Assembly (NCBI GenBank): GCA_027451365.1
Contig: DAIDJN010000029.1
Location: 26,210 to 90,209 of the forward strand
DNA length: 64,000 nucleotides
Source of the DNA: Phycisphaerales bacterium
GTDB lineage: Bacteria; Planctomycetota; Phycisphaerae; WQYP01
Direction: 5' to 3'
Of this stretch, positions 1 through 11,152 are shown piece after piece. How positions within the stretch are numbered: the stretch's first letter is position 1; every line of letters starts with the position of its first letter. The notes under the pieces are model-generated. The model was not told where the DNA came from. It was given only the letters and a program-made list of their open reading frames with translations, and did not search any database. The position numbers and the translations under genes are program-made.

Positions 1-503
1 ATGACAAAGTTGAATTGGCCCTCATATTCTTTGCGGATTTCACCGCCAAAGAAGGAGGTTACAATATTTCCAAAAAATGGAAAGAAATCGCCTTTGACCG
101 CAATGAACTCGGCGGAGATGAAAAATTCTTCGACCTGCTGGAGGAAACGTTAAAAGACCCCAGCCCGGCGGCAACCGATCGGCTGGGCGTTTTTTACACC
201 TGTTTGGGACTGGGTTTTACCGGCTGGTATGCCGGGCAGCCCGAATATCTGCGGAAAAAAATGCGGGAAATTCGCGCCCGGCTGGATGGCGGCGCGCGCG
301 ATGCGGACTTGCGGAAGATTTGCCCGGAGAGCTATGAACATGTCAACACCGCCGACCTGATTGAGCCGCCGGGTGTTAAACTATTTGGAATCGCCGTGGT
401 GCTGGCGGTTTGCATCCTGACACTTCTGATCGCAAATTTTTATTTGTTTCATCGAAGTGTGGGGCAGTTGAATCAGGCGTTGGACCTGATTCTGCGTAAA
501 TAG
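1..503 (+). CDS. tssL: Type VI secretion membrane protein TssL/DotU (ImpK), 5' partial
   Basis: DotU motifs GGDEKFFDLLE and VFYTCLGLGFTGWY, with a single C-terminal TM helix and no OmpA domain. The frame is open to the window edge and the gene lies directly upstream of tssM. Confidence 0.9.
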   Translation, partial: DKVELALIFFADFTAKEGGYNISKKWKEIAFDRNELGGDEKFFDLLEETLKDPSPAATDRLGVFYTCLGLGFTGWYAGQPEYLRKKMREIRARLDGGARDADLRKICPESYEHVNTADLIEPPGVKLFGIAVVLAVCILTLLIANFYLFHRSVGQLNQALDLILRK

Positions 504-581
504 GACACCTTTTTGCGGCGGTCGTAAATTCCGCCATGGAACACAGAACCTGAACTTTTTGATGCTGCGGGTAACATTGCT

Positions 582-3500
582 ATGAACTTCCTTTCAATTT
601 TCGGAAATCTATCGCCAAACGCCAAACTGGGGGCAACCGCGGGCGGAACCGCCGGAGTGATGACCGCCCTGGCGCTGGCCATCAGCGGGCACTGGCAATT
701 GTTGATCCTGCTGGTGCTGCTGGTGGTGATGGCGACGGTGGCCTTTATTATTTTTCGCCTGGCGCTGGGCTGGTGGAAGAAGCGAAAATCCCGGCCGATG
801 GAAAAGAGTCTGGCGGGCAACACAAGTTCCGCGCCCCAGCAGGTAAGCGGGGCCAAAAAACTGGCCGATCTGGATTCCCTGAGGCGCGTGTTTTCCACTG
901 GGGTTGAAAAGTTCCGATCAGCAGGTAAAGACCTTTACAGTCTTCCGTGGTACGTTCTGGTTGGCCAGCCCGGTTCGGGCAAGACCGAAGCGATTCGGCA
1001 CTCGGCCATCGGCTTTCCGCCCGGTCTTCAGGATCAGCTTCAGGGGGCGGGCGGCACCATTAACATGAACTGGTGGTTTACAAATCATGCGATCATACTG
1101 GACACCGCCGGCCGACTGATGTTTGAAGAAGTCGCCCCCGGTTCCACCAGCGAATGGCAGGAATTTCTTAAACTGCTGCGGCAACATCGGCCCAATTGTC
1201 CGATCAACGGCATGCTGCTGGTAATACCCGCGGACAGTCTGCTGAAAGACTCCACCGAGGTCATCGCCCGGAATGCCGGCAAAATTGCCCAGCAACTGGA
1301 CAACATTCAGCGTTCGCTGGGAGTGCGGTTCCCGGTGTTTATTTTCATAACCAAATCTGACTATCTGCCCGGTTTCAGTCAGTTTTTCGACGACCTTACC
1401 GATCCGCAACTGCAACACCAGATTATGGGATGGTCTAATCCGGCACCGCTGGATGATCCGTTTAATGTTGATGCTGTGGAAACCCACCTGCGGGAGGTTC
1501 GCAACCGGCTTGCGGAAAGGCGTCAACGGCTGCTGGCGGACCCCGTGAATACTGAAGATCCAGGTGGCCATCGGCTGGATCAGGTGGATTCGCTGTTCGC
1601 GTTTCCCGAAGCGATTCTGAAAATTTCACCCCGGCTCAAACAGTACCTGGAAACGATTTTCGTTCCGGGCGAATGGTCGGCCAAACCACTGTTCTTACGC
1701 GGCATTTACTTTACATCGTCCATGTCCGAGGGAAAATCGCTGGATGCCGACCTTGCCGCGGCATTGGGCGTGCCGGTGGACGCCCTGCCGGCCAGCGGCG
1801 TATGGCGCCGGGACCGGGCCTATTTTCTGCGCGACCTGTTCCTCCAGAAAATATTCAAGGAACGCGGGCTGGTGACCCGCGCCGGCAATGCGATGAAGCA
1901 GCAGCGACGCAGAAAAATTGCGGTCCTGTTAACGGGTTTTGCGGCGGTGGCGTTTCTTCTGGCGGCCACGTTTTATGCCTTTTTTCAACTTAAGAACAGT
2001 GTGGGAACTCCCGGACAGTACTGGCAGGCCGCGGCGCGTGTTTACACATCGTCAAGCCCGCGGTTCATGGCAATGATTGCGCCAAAAAGCAACGCCATCG
2101 GGACGCCGACATTTATCTATCAGGGCCATACCAACAAACTGATGGGGCGGTCGCTGGCTGAATTTTATGCCCAGGGATTTGACTTGGTCCGCAGGCCGAT
2201 CGCAGTTCCCTGGATTTTCAAACCGGTGGCGTTTTTGGGGGGACATGTCAACACCCGGCAACGCGCGGCGTTTGAGAAAATTTTTAATGCCGAGGTGCTT
2301 TCGCCGGTAATTATGGCCGCCCGGTCAAAGCTGACCGTCGCGCCGCTGCATCAGGAAACGCCCGATCTGCGGAGGCTGGAGCGCCGCACCGGCGCGTTGC
2401 TGGAAATAATCGCCATCGCGCAAAGTGTTTATTCGTCGGGCGGTGCGGCGGCGGAATTCCCGCATGGCCGTAAAAATTTTGACGTGCTTGTCGGCTATGT
2501 CCTTTCCCCGGCGGATTACAGGTCTTATAAAACGTATCAGGCCGATTCCATCCATGCTATTTTGAAATCTCTTTATCAGTCGCGGCGAACCTGGCCGCCC
2601 GCGGGGGTGGCGGCGGTCGGCGATGCCGCGCTTGCAGCGACCATTTCCCATGGTATACGCAGTGTCGTGGCGGGCTGGAACAGCGCGGTTGGAACCGGAA
2701 ATCAGTCCCTTCAGCGGCTGGTGGCGCTAAAGGCGGCGCTGCAAAAATATCAGACTTCCGAACAGGCGCTTATGAATTGGGCTGCCGGTTACCAGTCTGG
2801 GGACAGCCTCAACGGCGTGGCCGTCAGCCATGTAGCCGGAATTTTTTCCGCATTGGCGGCATCCGCGGCGGAAATTCGCCTTGACCTTCCGTCACTTGGT
2901 TCACATGGAACATTTTACGGTGCTTATCTGGCCGATGCTCATGCATTGTTGCAGCAGCGAAGCGCAGTTTTCCGTCAATTGAAGCGGCAAACCGCCTGGA
3001 TTGCCACCCTGGCCAAGGCTCCGGCGGCCGGTGGCGGCGGCACGGCGGGGATTCTGGCCGGTGCGGTTTCGCAATTGTCCGGAAAGGCGGGTCGTGCTCG
3101 CAAGCAGGCTGTGGCACTCCTTATCGCCAGCCGCACGGAACTGTTGGCCGATATTGCGGACGAAAAATCTCCGTTTGGCGCGGCGGGTCAGTCGCAAATC
3201 AGCAGCCTGGATCAAAAATTTCTCACAAGGGCGGGGCCGCGGCGTCAGATATCGTTACGCGAAGCGGTCTATGAGGCCGTGGCGGCATTGGCCAACGCGC
3301 CCAAATCTCCGGAGTCGCTTTTAACGCTCCGCACATGGCTGGAACAATTTAACGCCGCCGCACGGCAGGCCGGAGCAAATATCAGCCAGACGGCCTCAAC
3401 TTTAAAGGTCACCGGTCCGGCATCAGCAACCGCTTACAACGCCCAGTCGATGGATGCTGCCGCTAAAGCTCTAAGTCTTTTCGAAGCCAGCCGCCTGGGG

Positions 3501-5027
3501 CAGGTGATGGCTGGCGCTATTGCCGATGCGCCGTCCGGTGTTTCCGCCGTCGAAACCCTGATTCACAAGGAAGCGGACGCCGGGCACTTCACCGTGCCGG
3601 TAAAACCCGTGATTGTTTTCACTCCGGGTGCGGGAAAAGACTACGATCCGCGATTCAGCCCGGCGGGCGCGGCACAAGTGCTCGGAGGGTGGTACACCAT
3701 GGGGTCCATGCTGTTGGCCTCGGCAAAGGGGTCGGCAGACAGCCCGCCAATAGCCGACGCGGCACGGCTGCTTCGAAAATTCAGACAGTCTTCTGCGGCG
3801 TGTGGCGGCTACCGGCAAGCCTATTTCCACTATTGGCTGGCGATGTTGCGCGAAGGATTGGCGGTAACCGTGCCGGACAATCAATGGAAAACCTATCTAA
3901 CGCAACTTCAGGCGGTGCAGATTGACCAACTGTTCCTGGCACTGCAGAAGCTTGGCGTACAGGTAGCGGCGGCATTAAAGGCAGCTCCGCCGCCAGCGTC
4001 GCTGGTACGTAAAACCGCGGCGGCCCAGCGGAATATTCAAGCCGCGGACCAGATGCTTAATTTGCGTCTTTTTGCCAGATCGGTACGCCACCGGCTGGGC
4101 CGCTGGACACAACTGAGTTCCGATCCGAACGCCGCCCGTGATCAATTGCTGGCCCAAAAGCCGGTGAATCTGTATCACCGGTATATTCTGGCGGATTCGG
4201 CAAGCCCGGATTTTGCATCCACATATATTGCATCGTTGACTCTGGCCGGTTTGCGGACACTCGCTGAGCACAGCCAACGGCAGGCGAATGCCGTTCTTTC
4301 AGCGGTACGAGCGGCACCCTTTTTTCCGCTGTTTATTCCGGTCAACCCGGCGGCACCATTTGGCCATGAATGGTCGGCGACGCAACTTCGTTCCCTGGCG
4401 AAGGGCTTTTCCAGCCTGCCTCGCGCCGGACTTTTGTCCGGCCAGAACTTAACACCCGATTCCGGCGTTAACCGGCAACTGCGTATTTTGCAGGGTAATG
4501 TATCATACTTGCACTTTGGCTATTCGCGCGCAACGGTCGCGGCGATACGCAAAATTCTTGCCGCACTGATCGGCAATGGCTCCGGTCGACCGCTGGTCTG
4601 TCGACTGCGTATCACCCGTGCCATGAAAAGCGATCAGAGTGCCAACACCGTTGAGATTATCTGGCCATATTTGACTATCAATGACAACGGCGTGCGCACC
4701 GGGACAGCAAGTTTCCGGTCCGCCGCGGCCGAAGACCTTGGCAAAATATCCATTCCTGAAAAGGCCGGGGCGGCGCTGACGTTAAATTTCTATGAAACGG
4801 ACCCCGCGATGGCTGGTGCCAAAGCCGACCATTCCCTGACATTCCATGGTCCTTGGGCGGTACTGAAACTGCTGGCGCGTTACCACGGCCGCACCACGGA
4901 TGGAAAATCCTGGATGGTGACTATTACCACAATCGATCAGTTTCATAAATTGCGAACGATGCGAATGGAATTATTGTTTTCGCGGCCGTTGCCGTCGCTG
5001 ACGGCGTGGCCGCGTGCCAGGAAATAA
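582..5027 (+). CDS. tssM: Type VI secretion membrane core protein TssM/IcmF
   Basis: N-terminal TM region, LPWYVLVGQPGSGKT Walker A, WWFTNHAIILDTAGR, PINGMLL, FLRGIYFTS, a further TM at about aa 447-470, and a C-terminal GPWAVLKLL IcmF motif. Confidence 0.92.
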   Translation: MNFLSIFGNLSPNAKLGATAGGTAGVMTALALAISGHWQLLILLVLLVVMATVAFIIFRLALGWWKKRKSRPMEKSLAGNTSSAPQQVSGAKKLADLDSLRRVFSTGVEKFRSAGKDLYSLPWYVLVGQPGSGKTEAIRHSAIGFPPGLQDQLQGAGGTINMNWWFTNHAIILDTAGRLMFEEVAPGSTSEWQEFLKLLRQHRPNCPINGMLLVIPADSLLKDSTEVIARNAGKIAQQLDNIQRSLGVRFPVFIFITKSDYLPGFSQFFDDLTDPQLQHQIMGWSNPAPLDDPFNVDAVETHLREVRNRLAERRQRLLADPVNTEDPGGHRLDQVDSLFAFPEAILKISPRLKQYLETIFVPGEWSAKPLFLRGIYFTSSMSEGKSLDADLAAALGVPVDALPASGVWRRDRAYFLRDLFLQKIFKERGLVTRAGNAMKQQRRRKIAVLLTGFAAVAFLLAATFYAFFQLKNSVGTPGQYWQAAARVYTSSSPRFMAMIAPKSNAIGTPTFIYQGHTNKLMGRSLAEFYAQGFDLVRRPIAVPWIFKPVAFLGGHVNTRQRAAFEKIFNAEVLSPVIMAARSKLTVAPLHQETPDLRRLERRTGALLEIIAIAQSVYSSGGAAAEFPHGRKNFDVLVGYVLSPADYRSYKTYQADSIHAILKSLYQSRRTWPPAGVAAVGDAALAATISHGIRSVVAGWNSAVGTGNQSLQRLVALKAALQKYQTSEQALMNWAAGYQSGDSLNGVAVSHVAGIFSALAASAAEIRLDLPSLGSHGTFYGAYLADAHALLQQRSAVFRQLKRQTAWIATLAKAPAAGGGGTAGILAGAVSQLSGKAGRARKQAVALLIASRTELLADIADEKSPFGAAGQSQISSLDQKFLTRAGPRRQISLREAVYEAVAALANAPKSPESLLTLRTWLEQFNAAARQAGANISQTASTLKVTGPASATAYNAQSMDAAAKALSLFEASRLGQVMAGAIADAPSGVSAVETLIHKEADAGHFTVPVKPVIVFTPGAGKDYDPRFSPAGAAQVLGGWYTMGSMLLASAKGSADSPPIADAARLLRKFRQSSAACGGYRQAYFHYWLAMLREGLAVTVPDNQWKTYLTQLQAVQIDQLFLALQKLGVQVAAALKAAPPPASLVRKTAAAQRNIQAADQMLNLRLFARSVRHRLGRWTQLSSDPNAARDQLLAQKPVNLYHRYILADSASPDFASTYIASLTLAGLRTLAEHSQRQANAVLSAVRAAPFFPLFIPVNPAAPFGHEWSATQLRSLAKGFSSLPRAGLLSGQNLTPDSGVNRQLRILQGNVSYLHFGYSRATVAAIRKILAALIGNGSGRPLVCRLRITRAMKSDQSANTVEIIWPYLTINDNGVRTGTASFRSAAAEDLGKISIPEKAGAALTLNFYETDPAMAGAKADHSLTFHGPWAVLKLLARYHGRTTDGKSWMVTITTIDQFHKLRTMRMELLFSRPLPSLTAWPRARK

Positions 5028-5030
5028 TGG

Positions 5031-6062
5031 ATGCCGCAGCCAGCCGGCGCGGGAAAATCGGGTGCGCATTTGGGTGATTTTTTTCAGAAACTGGCGGCGC
5101 GGATTCGCCCTGCCGGGACCGCTCCGACGGGCGCGGCGCTGTGTCTGTTTGGCAAGCATCCGGGCTGGGACGACCACATGGAAGACATTGGTCCGCAAAG
5201 CCGGGAAATGCTGGATTTTAAGCGCATGCTTTATGTGGAAGGCGTGGGCGGCAATATTGATGCTGGAAACTGGGCTCATTTGCCGACGGGGGAGCGGCTT
5301 GCCGAATTTAACCATTTGTTGATTTTCAGCCGTGACGATTATTACATCCTGGCAACACTAAGCGCGTCGGCCGATGGCAAGGGGCGAAATTTGTATCCGC
5401 TGGTGGCCGCGGTTCAGGCACGCGGCGTTTCTCTGGCGGACCTGGGGCGGCATATCGGTCCGCTGCTGTTGGAATTGCGGTCGGAGATTCAGAAGACGGC
5501 GTCGGCCGCAGGGGCGCAGAGTCTTGTGCGGAACATGCAGGAGCGGCTTGGCGCTATTGGAGCGGGACTTGCTCCGGGAGCCCCGCGCCTGGACCGGATG
5601 GTAACTGGCCATCAGGCGGCCCGTTTGTTTTCCGCGGATGCGTCCGCGGCCGCGCCGCGTGTGCTGTATGCCGTGCAGCGGGCGGTGGAGGCCGTGGGGC
5701 ACGATCCGGCTAATGCCCGCACGGAAACAGTGCGGGTTCCGTTGGAGAGTCAGCAGCCCTGGTTTGCGGCGCGAATATGGTGCGCCCTGATTCGTTCCAT
5801 GCTCGGGCCGGCGGGTTCCGTGATGGTGGCGGAATATCGGCCGCCAGACGGCGCAACGGGTTCCACCCTCGGCTTTGTGGACCTGATTATCGGTAACCCG
5901 GGGCAGACCGCACTTTTTTGCCTGCGTGCCGGGCTGAATCGCATTCCGCTGGCCAGCGATATTCCATATTCACTTGACGCGCCATTTGTTAAGCGCGTGG
6001 CGGATTATCTGACCGCCTGCCGCAGTGCTGGTGACGGTTCGGCACCCGCATTTTTTCAATAA
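5031..6062 (+). CDS. TagF/ImpM-like T6SS-associated protein
   Basis: FGKHPGWDDH resembles the TagF GKxP..GDF motif and SADGKGRNLYPL resembles SxDxxGRxYP. It starts 3 nt after the tssM stop. Confidence 0.7.
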   Translation: MPQPAGAGKSGAHLGDFFQKLAARIRPAGTAPTGAALCLFGKHPGWDDHMEDIGPQSREMLDFKRMLYVEGVGGNIDAGNWAHLPTGERLAEFNHLLIFSRDDYYILATLSASADGKGRNLYPLVAAVQARGVSLADLGRHIGPLLLELRSEIQKTASAAGAQSLVRNMQERLGAIGAGLAPGAPRLDRMVTGHQAARLFSADASAAAPRVLYAVQRAVEAVGHDPANARTETVRVPLESQQPWFAARIWCALIRSMLGPAGSVMVAEYRPPDGATGSTLGFVDLIIGNPGQTALFCLRAGLNRIPLASDIPYSLDAPFVKRVADYLTACRSAGDGSAPAFFQ

Positions 6063-6242
6063 TAGTGCCAGTTGCAAGCGGAAGGTTTCCGGGCGAAACA
6101 CGAGACGGTTACGCTGATTGCAATGGGGTTGCTTCAGATGTATTTGATGTTTATTCGCAAGGGAGCCCGCGCCCGGTAATATTTATTGATCACACTGTGC
6201 GGCTGCCTCAATTGCCAACATCCTGTTTTGCATGCCGCTCGG

Positions 6243-6902
6243 TCAGGGGATTGGAATATCGTGAATTCTAAAACAGGCTCTGGTGTTGATTTCCTTCGTT
6301 AAAAGTGGAATGTCCAGCTCGGTTGGCTTTTTGCCATGATACGTTCCGGCTATGTGAAATACGCGGCCGTTCCGCCAGAACTGCTCGCCGCTCAGGTTCA
6401 ATCCCCGTTTTGAAATGTGGCCATTTGGTCCGTGCATCTGAATGTTGCTTTGTATCTGAATTTGCAGACTCTGATTCCATGCCGATTGCGGCGGACCGGG
6501 CAGCCTGGCGGTTAGATCAGCGCGCCAGGTTTCACCGGGAAGTGGTTTTAGGCCGACGAATGTAAACTTAATTCCACCGCGGAAGATACTTTGGCGCGGC
6601 CTTTTTATTAAATGGTGAAAAGCAATCACTTGACGGTCGGTAAATAAGGTCACCGGCAAATAGCCTCGAAAATCGCGAACCACTGTGGCGCCGTCGTGTG
6701 GCCAGCGAACCGGCGCGCTGCATTCGCCAACGCTCTGGATTTGGAGAGGAATGAAAGTCGGACCGGTCCAGCGGTCAATTTCAGCGGTGGTCGCCGAATT
6801 TTGCGCGTGCGACGCAGCCACAGCCACTCGCGGCGCAGCGATCATGAAACTCGCAAGAATGCAATAAGCCGCAATCCGCAGCTGGTCCAAGGTGTGACTC
6901 AT
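6243..6902 (-). CDS. Hypothetical exported protein
   Basis: 219-aa ORF with an ATG start and a signal-peptide-like N-terminus. No family recognised. Confidence 0.55.
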   Translation of the reverse strand: MSHTLDQLRIAAYCILASFMIAAPRVAVAASHAQNSATTAEIDRWTGPTFIPLQIQSVGECSAPVRWPHDGATVVRDFRGYLPVTLFTDRQVIAFHHLIKRPRQSIFRGGIKFTFVGLKPLPGETWRADLTARLPGPPQSAWNQSLQIQIQSNIQMHGPNGHISKRGLNLSGEQFWRNGRVFHIAGTYHGKKPTELDIPLLTKEINTRACFRIHDIPIP

Positions 6903-7095
6903 GATGGTCCGCCATATTTAAAAATCCGCGTGTCGCGGAGTAACCACCTTAAACGGTTCCGGCGCTTTGCCTGAGTCGGTTTGGTACCGATGCGCCACGA
7001 TTTGCGTGTTGCAATGTGGTCTTAGCCGTTACTGGCAAACGCATGGGGTTGGGCGAAGATGGCCGTCCAACGCCGTTTTATTACGCGTGTATGAT

Positions 7096-8106
7096 TTATC
7101 GTGCGGCATAACTGGCCGCGCCAATGCACAAGTACAGGACTGCCATTCGCACCGCCAGTCCGTTGCTGACTTGTCGGAGGATGGCGGAATTTGGGCCGTC
7201 CGCCACGCCGGAGGTTATTTCCAGCCCGCGGTTCATGGGGCCGGGATGCAACACCAGAATATCCTTTTTGCATCGTGTGAGGCGCTGTTCATTCATCCCG
7301 AAAAAGCGGCTGTATTCACGCACACTGGGAAATGCAGCGGATGTAATGCGTTCAAATTGCACGCGCAGCATATTCACAACATCTACTGTGGGCAGCACGT
7401 CATCGAGCGAATGGGCCACCTTCACGCCAAATTCCGCAAATGAATCCGGACAAAGCGTGGTCGGGCCGACGAGTGTTACTTTTGCTCCCAGTCTCGTGAG
7501 TCCCCATATATTGCTGCGGGCGACGCGTGAATTCGCCACATCCCCGACAATTGCTACATGCAGGTCCGCAATGCTTCGGCCATGGGCCGCAAAATGTTCC
7601 CGCATGGTGAAAAGGTCCAGCAATCCCTGGGTGGGATGTTCGTGGCTGCCGTCACCGGCATTTATCACGCTGCAATGCACCTGCCTGGCAACTGCGTGCG
7701 GCGCGCCGCTGCTGCGGTGCCGTATGACAATGGCGTCCACTCCCATTGCTTCAATATTGCGCGCGGTATCGGCCAGGGTTTCACCCTTGCTGACGGAACT
7801 GGTGGCCACAAAAAAATCCATGACATCCGCGCTCATCCGTTGAGCCGCAAGACGGAAGCTGGTGCGGGTGCGCGTGGAATCCTCAAAAAACAGATTCGCG
7901 ACAACTTTGCCGCGCAAGGCAGGGACTTTTTTGATGCTGCGCGTGGAAACTTCCTGAAGCGCTGTGGCCGTGTCCAGCAGTGCCAGAATTTCTTCCTGCG
8001 AAAGCTCTTCCAGGCCCAGAAGATGCGGCCTTTGCCAGCCACGCGGGGTGCTGCCAGCTTTTTGCGGCGTGGCGACATGAGTGGATGCGGAAGCGGTCGC
8101 GGTCAT
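7096..8106 (-). CDS. pyrB: Aspartate carbamoyltransferase catalytic subunit
   Basis: [29 protein letters not shown] and HPGPMNRG motifs. The ATG at 8106 overlaps the pyrR stop (ATGA). Confidence 0.97.
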   Translation of the reverse strand: MTATASASTHVATPQKAGSTPRGWQRPHLLGLEELSQEEILALLDTATALQEVSTRSIKKVPALRGKVVANLFFEDSTRTRTSFRLAAQRMSADVMDFFVATSSVSKGETLADTARNIEAMGVDAIVIRHRSSGAPHAVARQVHCSVINAGDGSHEHPTQGLLDLFTMREHFAAHGRSIADLHVAIVGDVANSRVARSNIWGLTRLGAKVTLVGPTTLCPDSFAEFGVKVAHSLDDVLPTVDVVNMLRVQFERITSAAFPSVREYSRFFGMNEQRLTRCKKDILVLHPGPMNRGLEITSGVADGPNSAILRQVSNGLAVRMAVLYLCIGAASYAAR

Positions 8107-8690
8107 GGCGGAACTCCTTGCGCTGGTCCAGGCTGCGGGAAGGCCTCTGCGGCGGGATGATCCACCCACACGCCATCGTCCGGATCGGTTGGTGCCAGGT
8201 GCACACGCACCAGTGAATCATGCGGGACCTGCATTTTACGGCTTGCGAAATCGGCATGGATCGGATACTCGCGCCCTTGGCGGTCAATCAGGACCGCGAG
8301 TCGGATAAACCGCGGGCGGCCAAAATCAACCAGAGCGTCCAATGCGGCGCGCACTGAACGGCCCGTGTGCAGCACATCATCAAAAAGAATCACCGCACGA
8401 TTATCTATGCGGAAATTCATCTCCGTACCGATGGGAATTGTGATGGGGCGCGAACCCATAACATCGTCACGGTACATGGTGATATCCAGTTTTCCCAGCA
8501 GAACTTTTCGTCCGGTTGATTGGTGAAGAATCGCCGCCACGCGGGATGCGACAATCTCCCCACGGCGGCGAATGCCAATGAGGGCCAGTTCGCCATCCTG
8601 TGTTGCCGCGATATCCGGATCATTTTCAATAGCCGAAGCGAGATTATGGATGAGTTGTGCAACGTCGGCCGCGGTAAGCATTGCTTGCAT
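8103..8690 (-). CDS. pyrR: Bifunctional pyr operon regulator / uracil phosphoribosyltransferase
   Basis: [32 protein letters not shown] and REYPIHADF motifs. Start is 8690 or 8681. Confidence 0.95.
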   Translation of the reverse strand: MQAMLTAADVAQLIHNLASAIENDPDIAATQDGELALIGIRRRGEIVASRVAAILHQSTGRKVLLGKLDITMYRDDVMGSRPITIPIGTEMNFRIDNRAVILFDDVLHTGRSVRAALDALVDFGRPRFIRLAVLIDRQGREYPIHADFASRKMQVPHDSLVRVHLAPTDPDDGVWVDHPAAEAFPQPGPAQGVPP

Positions 8691-8749
8691 GGGACTTAGC
8701 CTAACGCGGGGCGTCGCCGCAGGCAAGGCGCGGCCGGCCTTCCACCCTG

Positions 8750-11152
8750 CTATGCCGCGGGTGGTTCAATATTCCACAAATGGCGCACCAGAAAATTCCG
8801 AGTCAGTCGCCACATGTAATTCCAGTAAGGTCCGCCACAACCGTGGTGGCCATTGGGAAAGACCTGAATCTGGAAATCACGGTTATGCAGCATCATTTGT
8901 TCGACCACCTGAAATGTGCAGGCGGGGTCTACATTGTGGTCCATCCCGCCGACTATCAGCAAAAGCTTTCCCTTGAGCTTTTGCGCGTTGGTTGCGTTGG
9001 ATTGCTGGGCATACCAGGGGCCGACCGGCCAACTCATCCATTGTTCATTCCACCAGATTTTATCCACGCGATTGTCATGGCAGCCGCTGTTGGCGACCGC
9101 AACTTTGTAAAAATCACCGAAAGCCAGCAATGCACGCAGGGCGCTCTGCCCGCCGGCGGAAGTACCGTAAATTCCGACACGGGACGTATCCATGTATGGG
9201 TATTTCGCGGCGGCTGCCTTTATCCATGCGATACGGTCCGGAAAGCCGGAATCTCCCAGATTTTTCCAGCAGACATTGTGAAATTCCTTTGACCGGTTGG
9301 ATGTGCCCATCCCATCCATTTTCACCACAATAAAGCCGAGTTCCGCCACAGTCTGCGGCCAGTAAAATGGTTCCCACGCTTTGGGCACAAACGCGCCTTG
9401 GGGTCCGGCATATATATCTTCGACAATGGGGTATCTGCGGGATGGATCAAAATGACTGGGGCGGATAATAATGCCGTAAATATCCGTCACGCCGTCGCGG
9501 CCCTTGGCGACAAACCTTTCCGGCCGCGGAATGCCGGCATTTAACAGTGCGGAAGCGTCAGCCCGTTCCAGCGGACAGACCAGTGATCCGTCTTGCGTCC
9601 GGCGGAGGTTCATTTGCGGGGGCAGATCCACGCGCGAAAACCGGTCTATCAGATATTTGCAATCTGGTGAATATTGTACACTGTGAGTGCCATTGCCGCG
9701 GGTCAGGACCGTCAGATTGCGACCATCAAAATCCACCCGGCAGAAATGGACATAGTATGGATCCTGTCCGGGGACAATTGCCCCGGCACGGAACCATATC
9801 TGCCGTTTGACGGTGTCCACATGTTCCACGCCGCGGACTACCCAGTTGCCGGTGGTTATGCGGTTTTTAACGCGCCCATGCAGGGTGTCCATAAGGTACA
9901 GATGATTCCATCCGTCGCGTTCAGACATCCAGATCATTTCATTTGATTTATCCAGGTACCACGTGAAAAATTTTCCTGAATAATCGAAAAACTTCCGGCC
10001 GTCGCGGGTGCAGTCCTCATCCACGATTGCACTTACGCGGCCGCTGGGAATATCGATCGCGATCACGCGCATGACCTGGTGGCCACGTTGGTTGAATACA
10101 AAACGAAAGCGGCGCGAATCCGGTTCCCAGCACCATTCAGTATTGGCCCATGGATTGGCATAAAGATCATCCTTTATGGGTATCTGCCGGCCGGTGGAGG
10201 CGCTGAAAATGGCCGGTTTACGAATCGTGACCGGATCACCGGCTTTCAAATATTTGAAATCCACCAGATTGCAGTCAATCGTGCCGGGTGGTGCCCACTG
10301 AACTTCATACACATGCCGGTCGGATCCGGGCTGCACACGAATGACCGCAAAATATGCACTGTCCGGCGACCAGAACACCTGCGGAGAATAAAAATGGTCC
10401 GGTTTGCCGTCAGAGGTGATCTTCCGGTGTGTTTCCAGCCGGCGGTTCAACAGCGTGACATTGTGGTTCTCGATTCGCACTTCCCATTCGCCATCGGGCG
10501 AAAACAAGTTTTGCGGTCCCCAACGGTTCGGATTGCCCGCCGTAAACGCCGGATGAATCGGTGGGATCGCAAAAGACTTGCGGCGTTCCAGATGCCCGGT
10601 GGCAAGATTGCATCTCCAGCCATGCCCCAATGCGTTAAATTCAATTTCATCCGGGGCGGGCAGATCAATTATAAAAAGGTGCAATTGCCGGGGATTCTGC
10701 ATTTTGCCCGTTGCCTTGGAAAGCGCGGCGGCCAGTCGGGCATGATCAAACGCCGGCTCGCGACTTCCGCCAGCGGGATTGACCAGAATATATTCCAGAT
10801 TGCCGCCGGCAGCGCGACTGGTAAACCAGAAGCGGCCATCAGCCAGCCAGTGCGGTTCGACATGGTCATGAAATACTTTATTTCCGGTTATTTCCCATAA
10901 ATGATCCGCCCGCCGATAATCCGCCGCCGAGGCAATTCCTCCAACTCCGGCGGGCAAAAGTTCAGGCTGGCCCTGTGTCGCAGCCGCGTGGTCAGGTGTG
11001 GAATTCTGAATTGCCGCGGGATTGGCGCGAAGCTCCATAGGAAGCTGCGATCCCAAAATGCCGACCGCGGCGGCACTAAAAAGTTGGCGCCGCGAAAGTT
11101 CTGTGGAACGCGTTGACGCGGAAGTGTGATGTGGGACAGTGGATTCATCCAT
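8750..11152 (-). CDS. S9 family (DPP IV-like) peptidase with Tat signal
   Basis: SRRQLF twin-arginine motif, DPPIV_N propeller, GTSAGG nucleophile elbow, and DHNV/HG catalytic Asp and His. Confidence 0.9.
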   Translation of the reverse strand: MDESTVPHHTSASTRSTELSRRQLFSAAAVGILGSQLPMELRANPAAIQNSTPDHAAATQGQPELLPAGVGGIASAADYRRADHLWEITGNKVFHDHVEPHWLADGRFWFTSRAAGGNLEYILVNPAGGSREPAFDHARLAAALSKATGKMQNPRQLHLFIIDLPAPDEIEFNALGHGWRCNLATGHLERRKSFAIPPIHPAFTAGNPNRWGPQNLFSPDGEWEVRIENHNVTLLNRRLETHRKITSDGKPDHFYSPQVFWSPDSAYFAVIRVQPGSDRHVYEVQWAPPGTIDCNLVDFKYLKAGDPVTIRKPAIFSASTGRQIPIKDDLYANPWANTEWCWEPDSRRFRFVFNQRGHQVMRVIAIDIPSGRVSAIVDEDCTRDGRKFFDYSGKFFTWYLDKSNEMIWMSERDGWNHLYLMDTLHGRVKNRITTGNWVVRGVEHVDTVKRQIWFRAGAIVPGQDPYYVHFCRVDFDGRNLTVLTRGNGTHSVQYSPDCKYLIDRFSRVDLPPQMNLRRTQDGSLVCPLERADASALLNAGIPRPERFVAKGRDGVTDIYGIIIRPSHFDPSRRYPIVEDIYAGPQGAFVPKAWEPFYWPQTVAELGFIVVKMDGMGTSNRSKEFHNVCWKNLGDSGFPDRIAWIKAAAAKYPYMDTSRVGIYGTSAGGQSALRALLAFGDFYKVAVANSGCHDNRVDKIWWNEQWMSWPVGPWYAQQSNATNAQKLKGKLLLIVGGMDHNVDPACTFQVVEQMMLHNRDFQIQVFPNGHHGCGGPYWNYMWRLTRNFLVRHLWNIEPPAA

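Noticed and set aside
8690..8750. PyrR attenuator upstream of pyrR
   Set aside because: No AGTCC-NGNGAGGCT binding loop or terminator is visible in the short spacer.
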